64,000 bases of DNA from positions 2,336,001 to 2,400,000 of the forward strand of contig CAVOFT010000001.1 in NCBI GenBank assembly GCA_963695095.1. Direction: 5' to 3'. Made by a program: the position numbers and the translations under genes. Below the pieces are notes generated by a model. That model saw nothing but the letters and a program-made list of their open reading frames with translations, did no database searches and was not told the DNA's origin. This DNA is from an uncultured bacterium. GTDB taxonomy: Bacteria; Krumholzibacteriota; Krumholzibacteriia; JACNKJ01. This document shows, one piece after another, positions 26,896 to 36,398 of this stretch. The stretch's first letter is position 1, and every line of letters begins with the position of its first letter.

Positions 26896-28581
26896 ATGCG
26901 CAAGCGGGAGGAGCCGGCGGGCACGAACGGGCAGTTCGCGCGCTGGTGCCAGCTCCAGCGGGAGATGCAGGCCGCGCTCGAGGCGCGGCTTGCCGCCCTG
27001 CTCGAGCCGCTGCCGCCCTACCTGACCAGCTACCGCGAACACTTCGAACAGAGCTTCCCGGCCTGGACGGGCCGCGAGCTCGCCCCCGGCGAGCTGGACG
27101 CCCGCCTGGCCGCGGCCGATCTCATCCTCGTCGGCGACTTCCACAGCCTCGCCCAGTCGCAGCGCTCGGCCCTGCGCCTCGCGCGCCGCATGCAGCGCCG
27201 CGGCCTCGCCCCGGCGCTCGCGCTGGAGATGCTGCCCGCCGAGCGCCAGGACCTGCTCGACGCTTTCCTCGCCGGCCGCCTCTCGCGCGCCCGCTTCGCC
27301 CGCGAGGTCGAGCGGGAGCGGCTCTGGGACTTCCCCTGGCATCCGGTGCAGACCCTGCTCGACTTCGCTCGCTATCATCGCCTGCCCGTCATCGCGCTCA
27401 ACACGCGCCCGCGCCGCGCCGAGCGCGCGCTGCCGGAACGGGATCGCCAGGCCGCCGACCTGCTCGCCGCCCAGCGCCGCCGCGAACCGGCGCGACCCCT
27501 GCTCGCGCTCATCGGGGATTACCATCTCGCCGGCGACCACCTGCCCGCGGCCGCTGCCCGCGCCTGGACCCGGGCGGGGCTCGCGCCGGCCCGCGTCCTG
27601 CGCGTCTTCCAGAATCACGAGCCGCTCTTCTGGCAGAGCCTGGGCCCGCGCGGGCGCGCGGCGGAGATCCTCGCCCTGGCCGGGGGCGATCTCTGCATCC
27701 AGAGCGCGACGCCGCTGATGAAGCTGCAGTCCTACGTGCACTGGCTCAGCTTCCACGCGGGCGAGCGCGAGGACTGGAGCCTGCCCGACCCCGCCGAACT
27801 CAGCGAGGACCTCGGCCTGGAAGTGGATGCCCTGCTCCGGCGCATGGCCCGCTTCCTGCGCATCCCCCTGCTCGAGCAGGCGCCGCCGCAGGTGTTCTGG
27901 ATCGCCGAGCCGGACTTCGCGCGCCGCATCGCCGGCAGCGCCGGCTGGCGGGAAGAGGAGCTGGCGCTCGTGCTGGCCTCGCTGCGGGCGGGCGAGGACT
28001 GCTACCTGCGCGAGCGCGACCTGGCGGTGATCGCGGACCCGAGCGCCAATCGCCTCGCCGAGCTGGCGGCGCGCATCCTGCACAGCCGCACGAGCCGCCT
28101 CGTCCTGCGCCCGCGCGGCCTCGCCGACGACTTCTACCTGCGCGTCGTCCTGTCCACCCTGCACTTCCTCGGCTCCCTGCTCATCAATCCCCTGCGCAAG
28201 AGCCAGGACAAGCCGGCCCTGCTGCGCTACCTGCGCGAGGACGAGAGCGGCGACTGGAGCGGCCGCGCCGAGTTGCTGCTCGCCTATCTCGAGGCGGAGG
28301 ACCGCTTCCAGCGCGACGGCGAGCTGAGCGGCTTCGCGATGCGCTTCTTCAACCTGGAGGCGCCCCTGCACCGCGCGCTGACGCGCGCCGTGGGCCGCAG
28401 CCTGGCCAGTCGCCTGCACGCCGCCCTGCTCGCGGATGCCCTGGACCCGATCTGGCTGCGCGAGCTCTGGTGCGAGCCCTTCCGCCTGGAGGGCAGTCCG
28501 CTCAGGCGCTACATCGAGATGCTCGAGCAACTCGGCGGCGAGCGCGCCCGGCTGCTGCGCCTGGAGTCCGAGCGGCTCTAG
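26896..28581 (+). CDS. ChaN/Tiki-superfamily N-terminal domain plus unknown C-terminal domain
   Basis: LILVGDFH, LALEM, RDRQAA, LIGDYHL motifs; GGAGG RBS; no signal peptide. Confidence 0.65.
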   Translation: MRKREEPAGTNGQFARWCQLQREMQAALEARLAALLEPLPPYLTSYREHFEQSFPAWTGRELAPGELDARLAAADLILVGDFHSLAQSQRSALRLARRMQRRGLAPALALEMLPAERQDLLDAFLAGRLSRARFAREVERERLWDFPWHPVQTLLDFARYHRLPVIALNTRPRRAERALPERDRQAADLLAAQRRREPARPLLALIGDYHLAGDHLPAAAARAWTRAGLAPARVLRVFQNHEPLFWQSLGPRGRAAEILALAGGDLCIQSATPLMKLQSYVHWLSFHAGEREDWSLPDPAELSEDLGLEVDALLRRMARFLRIPLLEQAPPQVFWIAEPDFARRIAGSAGWREEELALVLASLRAGEDCYLRERDLAVIADPSANRLAELAARILHSRTSRLVLRPRGLADDFYLRVVLSTLHFLGSLLINPLRKSQDKPALLRYLREDESGDWSGRAELLLAYLEAEDRFQRDGELSGFAMRFFNLEAPLHRALTRAVGRSLASRLHAALLADALDPIWLRELWCEPFRLEGSPLRRYIEMLEQLGGERARLLRLESERL

Positions 28582-28994
28582 CCCCTGCGCGCGGCGATGG
28601 CGGGCAGGCGGGCGAGCAGGCGGGCGTCGGCGGCCGGAAAGGCGTAGCGGCCCAGGGCCTCCGGCTCCACCCAGGCCAGGGCCTGGCCGGCCAGGCCGCG
28701 GGGCTCGCCCGCGAAGCGCGGGCACAGGTGCACGATCAGGGTGAGGCGGAGGTGCGGGTAGTCGTGGTCGATGCGCTCGATCTCCGCGCCCACCTCGACC
28801 GCGATGCCGAGCTCCTCGGCCAACTCGCGGGCCAGGGCAAGGGCAGGCGTCTCGCCCAACTCGATCTTGCCGCCCGGAAACTCCCAGACCTCGCCCAGGG
28901 GATCGCCCGCCGGCCGGCGGGCGATGAGCACGCGCCCCTCGCGGAAGAGGAGACCGGCCACCACCCGGATGCGCTCGCCGCCCGCGGCCACCAT
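28578..28994 (-). CDS. mutT: Nudix hydrolase, MutT-like
   Basis: WEFPGGKIELGETPALALARELAEELG Nudix box; HDY; FPAAD. Confidence 0.85.
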   Translation of the reverse strand: MVAAGGERIRVVAGLLFREGRVLIARRPAGDPLGEVWEFPGGKIELGETPALALARELAEELGIAVEVGAEIERIDHDYPHLRLTLIVHLCPRFAGEPRGLAGQALAWVEPEALGRYAFPAADARLLARLPAIAARRG

Positions 28995-28999
28995 CGCGC

Positions 29000-29305
29000 T
29001 CAGCGCTCGAGGCGGCGGCCCAGCCGGGCCTCGAGCGCAGCCGTCTTGCTCTGCAGGCCGCCCGTCACGCCCGCCCGGTCGTCGATCTTGATCAGGGTGG
29101 ACACCCGGCCGGCCCGCGCGCGCATCAAGGCGTGGCAGCGCTTGACGAGATCCATCACCGGATCCCAGTCCCCTTCGATCGTCGTGCCCATGGGGCCGAC
29201 CTGGTAGGGCAGGCCGCTCTTGTCGATGAGATCCAGGACGGCGGCGACGTCCTCGCTCAGGCTCTCGCCCTTGCCGAAGGGAGCGATGGTGAGAAAGACG
29301 AGCAT
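29000..29305 (-). CDS. MTH1187/thiamine-binding family protein
   Basis: SLSEDVA...SGLPYQVGPMGTTIEGDWD...RVSTLIKIDDR. Confidence 0.88.
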   Translation of the reverse strand: MLVFLTIAPFGKGESLSEDVAAVLDLIDKSGLPYQVGPMGTTIEGDWDPVMDLVKRCHALMRARAGRVSTLIKIDDRAGVTGGLQSKTAALEARLGRRLER

Positions 29306-29307
29306 GA

Positions 29308-30006
29308 TCAGTCTCGCGATCCGCGCAGGATGAGCAGGCGCACGAGATGCATGACGCTGACCGCGGCGGCGGCGACATAGGTGAGCGCAGCGGCATCGAG
29401 CACCTTCTTGGCGCCGGCCGCCTCGTCCACCTCGAGATAGCGGCCGTCCTTGAGGAGAGCCAGCGCCCGCCGGCTGGCGTCGAACTCCACGGGCAGCGTG
29501 ACCATGTGGAAGAGCACGGCCCCGGCGAAGAAGATGATGCCCACGTCCATCAGCACGCGCACGCTGCTGAAGATGAAGCCGATGAAGAAGAGCGGGAAGG
29601 CCAGCGTGCTGGCGAAGCCGACCGTGGGCGCCATGGCGCTGCGCAGGGCAAGCGGCGCCCAGCTCTGGCCATGCTGCAGCGCGTGACCGGTCTCGTGGGC
29701 GGCGATGGCGAGGGAAGCCAGGCTGGCGCCGTCGTGCACGGCCGGGCTCAGGTTCACCGTGCGGTTGCGGGGGTCGTAGTGATCGTCGAGCTGGCCCTGC
29801 GTGGAGCGCACGCTGACGCGCGCCAGCCCCTGCTCGCGCAGCAGGCGCTCGGCCACCTCGCGGCCGCTGATGCCGCGGCGGGAGGCGACCTGGAGCCCGG
29901 CCTGATAGGCGCTCTTGACGCGCATCTGGGCCCAGAGGCCGAAGAGCATGGCCGGAATGAGGAGGATGAAGGTGGGGTCCCAGAAGAGGAATGCAAAGAC
30001 GGGCAT
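29308..30006 (-). CDS. Membrane zinc metallopeptidase (YugP-like)
   Basis: LDDHYDP, AAHETGHALQH, TLPVEFDASRRA, AAALTYVAA. Confidence 0.92.
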   Translation of the reverse strand: MPVFAFLFWDPTFILLIPAMLFGLWAQMRVKSAYQAGLQVASRRGISGREVAERLLREQGLARVSVRSTQGQLDDHYDPRNRTVNLSPAVHDGASLASLAIAAHETGHALQHGQSWAPLALRSAMAPTVGFASTLAFPLFFIGFIFSSVRVLMDVGIIFFAGAVLFHMVTLPVEFDASRRALALLKDGRYLEVDEAAGAKKVLDAAALTYVAAAAVSVMHLVRLLILRGSRD

Positions 30007-30024
30007 GGTCGCCTCCGGGCGCTG

Positions 30025-30312
30025 TCAGTCCTGTCCAGGGTCCTCGTCGGCGGCGGCCGCGTCCGCGGCCCCGCTCCGGAAGTCGGCGAGCACCTCGCGA
30101 GCCTGCTCCAGATCGCGGCGATAGACCCTGAGTTCCGCATGGCCGCGCTGGCTCTCGAAGATGCCGTCGTAGGGAGTCGAGTGCCAGGTCACGAGCTGGT
30201 TGGCGATGCCCCGATCGGCCAGCAGGCCCTCCAGGACCTGGGCCTCGATGGGCGTCTCCACCGTGCAGAGCGCGACGAGCTCCAGATCGCCCTCGCTGGT
30301 GTCCTTGTTCAT
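30025..30312 (-). CDS. DUF2007-like small protein
   Basis: EAQVLEGLLADRGI...LRVYRRDLEQAREVL pattern. Confidence 0.65.
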   Translation of the reverse strand: MNKDTSEGDLELVALCTVETPIEAQVLEGLLADRGIANQLVTWHSTPYDGIFESQRGHAELRVYRRDLEQAREVLADFRSGAADAAAADEDPGQD

Positions 30313-30428
30313 GGCAGCTCCTCCCTGGCAACAGACCCAATATAGTCCCCCGGGCCCGCCACTTCACGCCCTTTGCGCCGGGCCGGCGCCATTGCCTTGC
30401 CACTGCCGCAGTTCCGGCATCTGCAGCA

Positions 30429-30457
30429 TTGACAAGCGCCCCGGCATCCCCTAGTTT
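30429..30457 (+). promoter_or_regulatory. Sigma70 promoter
   Basis: TTGACA-17 bp-TAGTTT. Confidence 0.6.
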
Positions 30458-30505
30458 TCTCGGGACTCCCCAGAGCCCCAAGGATACCGGAGGTCAGCGG
30501 AAGCC

Positions 30506-31390
30506 ATGTTCAAGCGGCCCGCGATGCTCATCGCCTTGACCGCGACCCTCGTCGCCGCCCTGCCGCCGTCGCCCGCCCAGGCCATCCTGCTGGGCAACCA
30601 CCAGATCACGCTCGACTTGCTCGGCACGACGCAGTACTTCGACTTCGCCGAGTTCAAGGAGCACGAGTTCCCCGTGCAGGGGCTGGACTGGGGCTTCAGG
30701 CTGCAGGATCTCTACGACGTCGACTTCCGGGATCCGGAGATCCCCTTCGACTCGCCGCTGCAGAACCGGAACGCCCTCAAGCTCGGGCTGGTGGGGAACC
30801 TGGATGTCGGCCTGCGCATCCGCACGGCCATCCGGCCGCGCTGGGGCATCGAAGGCTACTTCAAGTACACGCCCGTGGATCTCATCATCGAATACAATGG
30901 TCAGAACCTCTCCGAGGCCAGCTTCACGCGCTACTCGGGGGTCACCAATCCCGAGAACGCGGACACCGAGGACTTGCTCAACTGGGTGGTCGGGGACTAC
31001 CCCACCTACCACGTCGTGCGCTTCGGCGCCAATCTGGACTACGTCTTCTACCGGGGCCATAGCAACGCGCTGAACTTCTACGGCGCGGTCGGCGGCGGCG
31101 TCGTGAGCTACCGCATGTCGGGCAAGCTCTACGTCCCCACCGACTACCCCGATGACCAGGACGTGCCCAGCGCGCCCGAGGACCTCAGCTACCTCATGCC
31201 CAACGATACCTTCCTGTCCGGCAATCTGGGCCTGGGCGGCATCTTCTTCGTCCACCGGCTCTTCGGCATCAACGTGGATCTGCGCGCCTCCTATACGCCC
31301 TTCGAGCTGAAGCGCGTGGAGAGCTTCGACACCAGCAAGCAGCACTGGATCATGAGCGCGAGCATCGGCTACACCTTCCGGCTCGGCTAG
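30506..31390 (+). CDS. Putative outer-membrane beta-barrel protein
   Basis: Signal peptide; strands such as FYGAVGGG, GNLGLGG, GINVDLR, SASIGYTF; GGAGG RBS. Confidence 0.7.
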   Translation: MFKRPAMLIALTATLVAALPPSPAQAILLGNHQITLDLLGTTQYFDFAEFKEHEFPVQGLDWGFRLQDLYDVDFRDPEIPFDSPLQNRNALKLGLVGNLDVGLRIRTAIRPRWGIEGYFKYTPVDLIIEYNGQNLSEASFTRYSGVTNPENADTEDLLNWVVGDYPTYHVVRFGANLDYVFYRGHSNALNFYGAVGGGVVSYRMSGKLYVPTDYPDDQDVPSAPEDLSYLMPNDTFLSGNLGLGGIFFVHRLFGINVDLRASYTPFELKRVESFDTSKQHWIMSASIGYTFRLG

Positions 31391-31425
31391 GCTCGGCGTC
31401 GCCGGGCTCGATCCCCCTGGCAGGC

Positions 31426-31455
31426 ACGCCTCCGATCGCAGATCGGAGGCGTTTC
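31426..31455. terminator. Hairpin terminator between convergent genes
   Basis: ACGCCTCCGATC-gca-GATCGGAGGCGT-ttc. Confidence 0.7.
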
Positions 31456-31458
31456 GCT

Positions 31459-31707
31459 TCAGGCCTGGGCCGTCGGATCCTCGTGCATGCGCAGGGGCGG
31501 GATCTTGTACTTGCGGTCGATCATGCGGATCTCGTCGAAGGCCTCCCGGATCCGAACCTGGAGTTCCGCCAGGCGCTCCTGCTCGGCCGGCGCCAGCGGC
31601 TGGCCGTCCTTGCGCCGCCAGTGGCTGCGGTACTTCTCCCGTAGCAGCGCGTGCAGACGGGTCTCCAGTTCGGCGAAACGGGCCTGGTCGCCAGTGGCAT
31701 CGCTCAT
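31459..31707 (-). CDS. Small hypothetical helical protein
   Basis: 82-aa ORF with plausible RBS; ends at the terminator. Confidence 0.6.
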   Translation of the reverse strand: MSDATGDQARFAELETRLHALLREKYRSHWRRKDGQPLAPAEQERLAELQVRIREAFDEIRMIDRKYKIPPLRMHEDPTAQA

Positions 31708-31784
31708 CAGTCACCTTCCCCGTTGATCGACGGCTAGGGCCAATATAGCATGCGCAGGAGCGCCTGCCACCTTATCCGCATCCG

Positions 31785-32282
31785 GTGACCGCCATCGCCA
31801 TCGCCATCATCGCCGACACCCATGGCCAGTTGCCGGCCGCCCTCTGGCAGCGCCTGGCGGGCGTGGAGCGCATCCTCCACCTGGGCGACCTGGGACCGCC
31901 GGCCCTCCTGGTCGAACTCGGCAGCATCGCCCCCGTGAGCGCCGTCATGGGCAATGTGGACGCGCCGGGGCAGGCCGCCCTGCCCGCCCGGCGGCGCCTG
32001 GAAGTGGCCGGCCTGCCGATCCTGCTCAGGCACGAGCCCTGGACGACGGCCGAGCTGGCCCTCGCCCCCGCCGCGCTCTTCCTCCACGGACACAGCCACC
32101 GCCAGCGCCTGGAGCGCATCGGCCGGGCCTGGGTCTGCTGTCCGGGCGCCATCGAACGGCCCCGCGGCGGCGAGCCGGCCAGCTACGGGCTGCTCGAGGT
32201 GGAGCCGGCGATCCTGCGCATCGCCATCTGCGCCCTGGCGGACGGGCGCCTCCTGCGCCGCGAGGCCTGGCCCCGGGCCTGA
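31785..32282 (+). CDS. YfcE-like metallophosphoesterase
   Basis: ADTHG, HLGD, GNVD, HGHSH motifs. Confidence 0.88.
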   Translation: MTAIAIAIIADTHGQLPAALWQRLAGVERILHLGDLGPPALLVELGSIAPVSAVMGNVDAPGQAALPARRRLEVAGLPILLRHEPWTTAELALAPAALFLHGHSHRQRLERIGRAWVCCPGAIERPRGGEPASYGLLEVEPAILRIAICALADGRLLRREAWPRA

Positions 32283-32464
32283 ACTTCCTTGCCGAGGGCC
32301 GGGATTGCCTGGCGCCCTCGGCGCCGGAGCCGCGCTGGGGTAGTCCGGGGCACGATCGGGAAGCGGAGCGCGGCCCGGTCCTTGCTGCGCCCTTCCCGGA
32401 TGGAATCGGGCCCGGGCGCACAGGAATGACCCTCCCGCGCCCCGGCTCCCCGAGGAGGCCGAGC

Positions 32465-32896
32465 ATGAGCCAGCACGCCACCGTTCGCCAGCGCGGCAGC
32501 GCCCAGGCAAGGGAGCTCCGCGACGCCTTGCTCGCCCTGCGCCGTGAGCAGGGGCTCCTGGTCACCGAATTGGTCTGGAACGAGATGCGCGCCCGGGAGA
32601 TCCGCGAACAGCTCACGAGGCAGACGCCATCGCCCGCCGAGCGGCGGGCCCTGGAGCGGGATCTCCACCGCCGCCTCGAGTTGGTACGCGCCCTCGCGCG
32701 CTGGGAGCAGGCGGCCGACCGCAGCTACGGTCGCCAGTGGGAGCTCCTGGCGAAGCTCCGCGCCGAGGACCCGGGCCTGACGGCCGCGCTGCCCGCTGTC
32801 GACGAAGCGCTGGCCCAGCGGAGTCTGGAGGCGATCGCCCGCGCGGCGGCGCGGGAACTCGGCCTGTCCCTCGACGGCGGCGTCGATGGCTGCTGA
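32465..32896 (+). CDS. Hypothetical protein
   Basis: GAGGAGG RBS before ATG 32465; helical composition. Confidence 0.55.
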   Translation: MSQHATVRQRGSAQARELRDALLALRREQGLLVTELVWNEMRAREIREQLTRQTPSPAERRALERDLHRRLELVRALARWEQAADRSYGRQWELLAKLRAEDPGLTAALPAVDEALAQRSLEAIARAAARELGLSLDGGVDGC

Positions 32897-32928
32897 GCGA
32901 GCCGCCGGCCGACCCGCCTGGAAACGCG

Positions 32929-32958
32929 AAACCTCCGCGGCCGCAGGCCGGGAGGTTT
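32929..32958. terminator. Terminator downstream of tRNA-Leu
   Basis: AAACCTCC-g-CGGCC-gca-GGCCG-GGAGGTTT. Confidence 0.65.
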
Positions 32959-32963
32959 GGCGG

Positions 32964-33047
32964 TGCCCGGGGCGAGACTTGAACTCGCACGAACTTTCGT
33001 TCACTGCCCCCTCAAGACAGCGTGTCTACCAATTCCACCACCCGGGC
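32964..33047 (-). tRNA. tRNA-Leu(GAG)
   Basis: GCCCGGGTGGTGGAATTGGTAGAC...TT-GAG-GG, variable arm, GTTCAAGTC...CCCGGGCA; the common secG-tRNA-Leu arrangement. Confidence 0.95.
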
Positions 33048-33052
33048 TTCTG

Positions 33053-33484
33053 CTAGTTGCCCGCCGGCGCCGGGGTCGCCTCGCTCCCAGCGGGAGCCGC
33101 GCCCTCCGTCGCCTGCCCATCGGCCGCGGTCGCGGGGGCCGGTTCCGTCTGAATCTGTTCCTGGAGGGAAGGCCCCTCCTCCACGTTGTAGACGTCCAGC
33201 GCGCCCGACTGCTGGCGCTTGGCGATGACGCTCCCCTCGCCCTCCGGCGTGCGGGAGCGCGACGAGAGCACCGCCAGCAGGAGCGCCAGGGCCATGAACG
33301 AAGCGGCCAGCCAGACGGTCAGCTTCCCCAGGAAGGTGGCTGCGCTGCGCCCGCCCATGACGGAGCTGTCACTGCCGCCGCCGAAGGCGCCGGCCAGGCC
33401 GCCGCCCTTGCTCGACTGGAGCAGGACCACCACGATGAGGATCAGGCAGACCAGGATGAAAAGGGTCAGGAAAACGGCGTACAT
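33053..33484 (-). CDS. secG: Preprotein translocase subunit SecG
   Basis: VVLLQSSKGGGLAGAFGGG...FLGKLT; two TMs. Confidence 0.93.
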   Translation of the reverse strand: MYAVFLTLFILVCLILIVVVLLQSSKGGGLAGAFGGGSDSSVMGGRSAATFLGKLTVWLAASFMALALLLAVLSSRSRTPEGEGSVIAKRQQSGALDVYNVEEGPSLQEQIQTEPAPATAADGQATEGAAPAGSEATPAPAGN

Positions 33485-33558
33485 GGGCCCTCACCTCAAG
33501 GGGAGTCGCTCGACGATACAGCAGGGAAGCCCCAAATTATCAAGAAGCTAGGGCGCTG

Positions 33559-34329
33559 TCAAGGTGCGGCGAAGGGCGGCACGAGGGCCAGGAAGGAGGC
33601 CGCCTGGAGGCTGGCGCCGCCGACCAGCACCCCGTCCACGTCGGGCAGGGCCAGCAGCTCCCGGACATTGTCGGGCTTGACGCTGCCGCCATAGAGGATG
33701 CGCAGGCCCGCCGCCAGAGCCTCGCCGTGGCCGGCCCGCAGGTGCGCTCGGATGGCCCCGTGCACCGCCTGGGCCTGCGCTGCCGTTGCCACCCGCCCGG
33801 TGCCGATGGCCCAGACCGGTTCGTAGGCCAGGGTGACCAGGGCGATCGCGGCGGCGTCCAGGCCGGCCAAGGACCCGTCCAGCTGGCCCAGGACCACGTC
33901 TTCCGTGCGGCCGGCCTCGCGCTCGGCCAGGGTCTCCCCCACGCAGACGATGGGCAGCAGGCCCGCCGCCAGGGCCGCCTTCGCCTTGGCGGCCACCCCG
34001 GCGTCGGTCTCCCCGAAGAGCTGACGCCGCTCGGAGTGGCCGAGGATCACCCAGCCGGCGCCGGCGGCACGCAGCATCGGACCGCTGATCTCGCCGGTGA
34101 AGGCGCCGGCCGGCTCGGCGTGGAGATTCTGGCCGGCCACTCCGATCGGCGCATCGCCGAGGGCGGCCACCACGGCCGGCAGGGCCAGGGCCGTCGGCGC
34201 GAGCACCAGATCCGCCGCCGGCTCCCGCGCGGCCATCCCGGCGGCCACCGCGTGGGCCAGGGCCGCCGCCTCAGGCGGCGCCAGGTTCATCTTCCAGTTG
34301 CCCGCGATCAGCGGGCGGCGATCGCTCAT
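33559..34329 (-). CDS. tpiA: Triosephosphate isomerase
   Basis: IAGNWKMN, GAFTGE, GHSERR, AYEPVWAIGTG, YGGSV, LVGGAS. Confidence 0.97.
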   Translation of the reverse strand: MSDRRPLIAGNWKMNLAPPEAAALAHAVAAGMAAREPAADLVLAPTALALPAVVAALGDAPIGVAGQNLHAEPAGAFTGEISGPMLRAAGAGWVILGHSERRQLFGETDAGVAAKAKAALAAGLLPIVCVGETLAEREAGRTEDVVLGQLDGSLAGLDAAAIALVTLAYEPVWAIGTGRVATAAQAQAVHGAIRAHLRAGHGEALAAGLRILYGGSVKPDNVRELLALPDVDGVLVGGASLQAASFLALVPPFAAP

Positions 34330-35540
34330 ACCATCGCTTCCTTGGCGTCGCTGAGGGCCTCCACGCCGGGCAGGGCCTTGCCCTCCATGAACTCGAGGCT
34401 GGCGCCGCCGCCGGTGGACACATGGGTGAAGCGCTTGGCGAGCTTGAGCTGGGTGACGGCCGCCACGGAATCGCCCCCGCCTACCACGGTGATCGCACCC
34501 TGGCTCGTGGCCTCGGCCAGCGCCTTGGCCAGGCTGAGGGTGCCGCGCGAGAACTTGGGCACCTCGAAGACGCCCATCGGTCCGTTCCAGAAGATGGACT
34601 TGGAGGCCTGCACGACCTGCGTGTAGAGGTCCACCGTCTTGGGTCCGATGTCCAGACCCATCCAACCCTCGGGGATGTCCGTGGGCAGCACGATCTGGGT
34701 ATCGGCGTCGTCGCTGATCTCGCGCGCGACGACGATGTCGACGGGCAGCAGGATCTCGCGCTTGCTCTCCTTGGCGCTGCGGATGGTCTTCAGGGCGGTC
34801 TCCAGCATGCTCGCATCGACGAGGCTCTTGCCCACCCCCAGGCCCAGGGCCTTGAAGAAGGTGAAGGCCATGCCGCCGCCGATCATCAGCGTGTCCAGAT
34901 GCTCCAGCAGATTGCGGATGACCGGGATCTTCGTGCCCAGCTTGGCGCCGCCCAGGAGCGCCGAGGCCGGCCGCTCGGGCTCGCTGAGCAGCTGGCCCAG
35001 GTAGCTCAACTCCCGTTCCATCAGCAGGCCGGCGGCCCGGAACTCGAAGTGGCGCGTCATGCCCTCCGTGGAGGCATGGGCGCGATGCGCCGTGCCGAAG
35101 GCGTCGTTGACGTAGAGGTCGGCCAGGGCCGCCAGCTCGGCGGCGAACTCCGCGCTGTTGGCTTCCTCGCCGGGGTGGAAGCGCAGGTTCTCGAGCATGA
35201 GCACGCTGCCCTTGCGCATCTGGGCAACGGTCTCCTGCACTTCGCGACCGACGCAGTCGCGCGCGAAGCGGACGGGCGCGTCGATCAGCTCGGCCAGTCG
35301 ATCGGCCACGGGCGAGAGGCTGTAGACAGGCGCTACCTTGCCATCCGGCCGGCCCAGGTGGCTGCCGAGGACGAGAATGGCTCCGCGCTCGAGCAGGAGG
35401 CGCAGCGTGTCCAAAGACGCGCGAATTCGCGTGTCGTCGGCAACTTCCTGGCGGTCGTTGAGGGGGACATTGAAGTCCACCCGCACGAACACCTTCTTCC
35501 CGGCTACATCCAGGTCGCGAACGGACAGCTTTGAGAGCAT
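34326..35540 (-). CDS. pgk: Phosphoglycerate kinase
   Basis: RVDFNVP, SHLGRP, LENLRF, DAFGTAHRAHAS, WNGPMGVFE, GGGDS, STGGGAS. Confidence 0.97.
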   Translation of the reverse strand: MLSKLSVRDLDVAGKKVFVRVDFNVPLNDRQEVADDTRIRASLDTLRLLLERGAILVLGSHLGRPDGKVAPVYSLSPVADRLAELIDAPVRFARDCVGREVQETVAQMRKGSVLMLENLRFHPGEEANSAEFAAELAALADLYVNDAFGTAHRAHASTEGMTRHFEFRAAGLLMERELSYLGQLLSEPERPASALLGGAKLGTKIPVIRNLLEHLDTLMIGGGMAFTFFKALGLGVGKSLVDASMLETALKTIRSAKESKREILLPVDIVVAREISDDADTQIVLPTDIPEGWMGLDIGPKTVDLYTQVVQASKSIFWNGPMGVFEVPKFSRGTLSLAKALAEATSQGAITVVGGGDSVAAVTQLKLAKRFTHVSTGGGASLEFMEGKALPGVEALSDAKEAMV

Positions 35541-35673
35541 GGGGCGCTTTCCTTCGCTGTGGACTGCGCCGCTCTGCCCAGGCGGGACGGCGGGCGCACT
35601 CCCGGTGCAGGATCGGGGCGCATCTCCGCACGGCGCGGCCGGGCCGCGCAGTGCGCAAGTGCGGACAAGGTAC

Positions 35674-36363
35674 TCAGGGCGGATTCGGCCTGTCAAGGGA
35701 GACCCCCGGCGCGAGAATCCTGGTCAATGCCATCGCGAGCAGTCGCCCCTGCGCGGTCTCGCCGAGCGCGGCCTGACAGGCGCAGAGCGTGGCGCCGGTC
35801 GTGGCCAGGTCATCGATGAGGATGAGACTGCCCGCGGCGGGCGGCTTGCCGCGGGTCCGAAATTCCGCCCCTGCGCGCGCCAGGCGCTCGCGCCGGCTCC
35901 GCCCCGCTTGCCGACCGGCGAAGGCGCGCCGGCCGAGCAGCCCGAGCACGCGCCCCTCGCCGAGCTGCCGCCTGAGCGCCACGGCGAGCAGTTCGCTCTG
36001 ATTGAAGCCGCGGCCCAGGCGCCGCGGCAGCGGCAGCGGCACCGGCAGGAAGGTCCAGGGCCGCGGCGGCGGGTCGAGGGCCAGTCGCCAGGCGAGGGCA
36101 TCGGCGAGCAGGGGCAGCGCGCCGTCGCGGCCGCCGTACTTGAGCCCCTTGATCAAACGGCGCACCACGAGATCCGGCGCCAGGGGCCAGAGCAAGGGCA
36201 GCGTCTCGTCGAGCAGGGTCCGCCCGCGCTCCCGCCGCAGGCCGGCCGCGCAGGCTCGGCACAGGGGCGCGAAGCGCCGCCAGTCGCCCGGCAGTTCGAC
36301 GGGTTCGCCGCAGGCCTGACAGAGGCTGGACAAGCAGGCGGCCAGCAGCGCCTTCCAGTGCAT
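35674..36363 (-). CDS. comF: ComF-family phosphoribosyltransferase-like protein
   Basis: CQAC...CRAC zinc motif, PVP, RGFNQSE, LIDDLATTGAT. Confidence 0.85.
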   Translation of the reverse strand: MHWKALLAACLSSLCQACGEPVELPGDWRRFAPLCRACAAGLRRERGRTLLDETLPLLWPLAPDLVVRRLIKGLKYGGRDGALPLLADALAWRLALDPPPRPWTFLPVPLPLPRRLGRGFNQSELLAVALRRQLGEGRVLGLLGRRAFAGRQAGRSRRERLARAGAEFRTRGKPPAAGSLILIDDLATTGATLCACQAALGETAQGRLLAMALTRILAPGVSLDRPNPP

Positions 36364-36398
36364 CGGGGACAGCTCCCGAATCGGGGAGGCAGGAGGAA

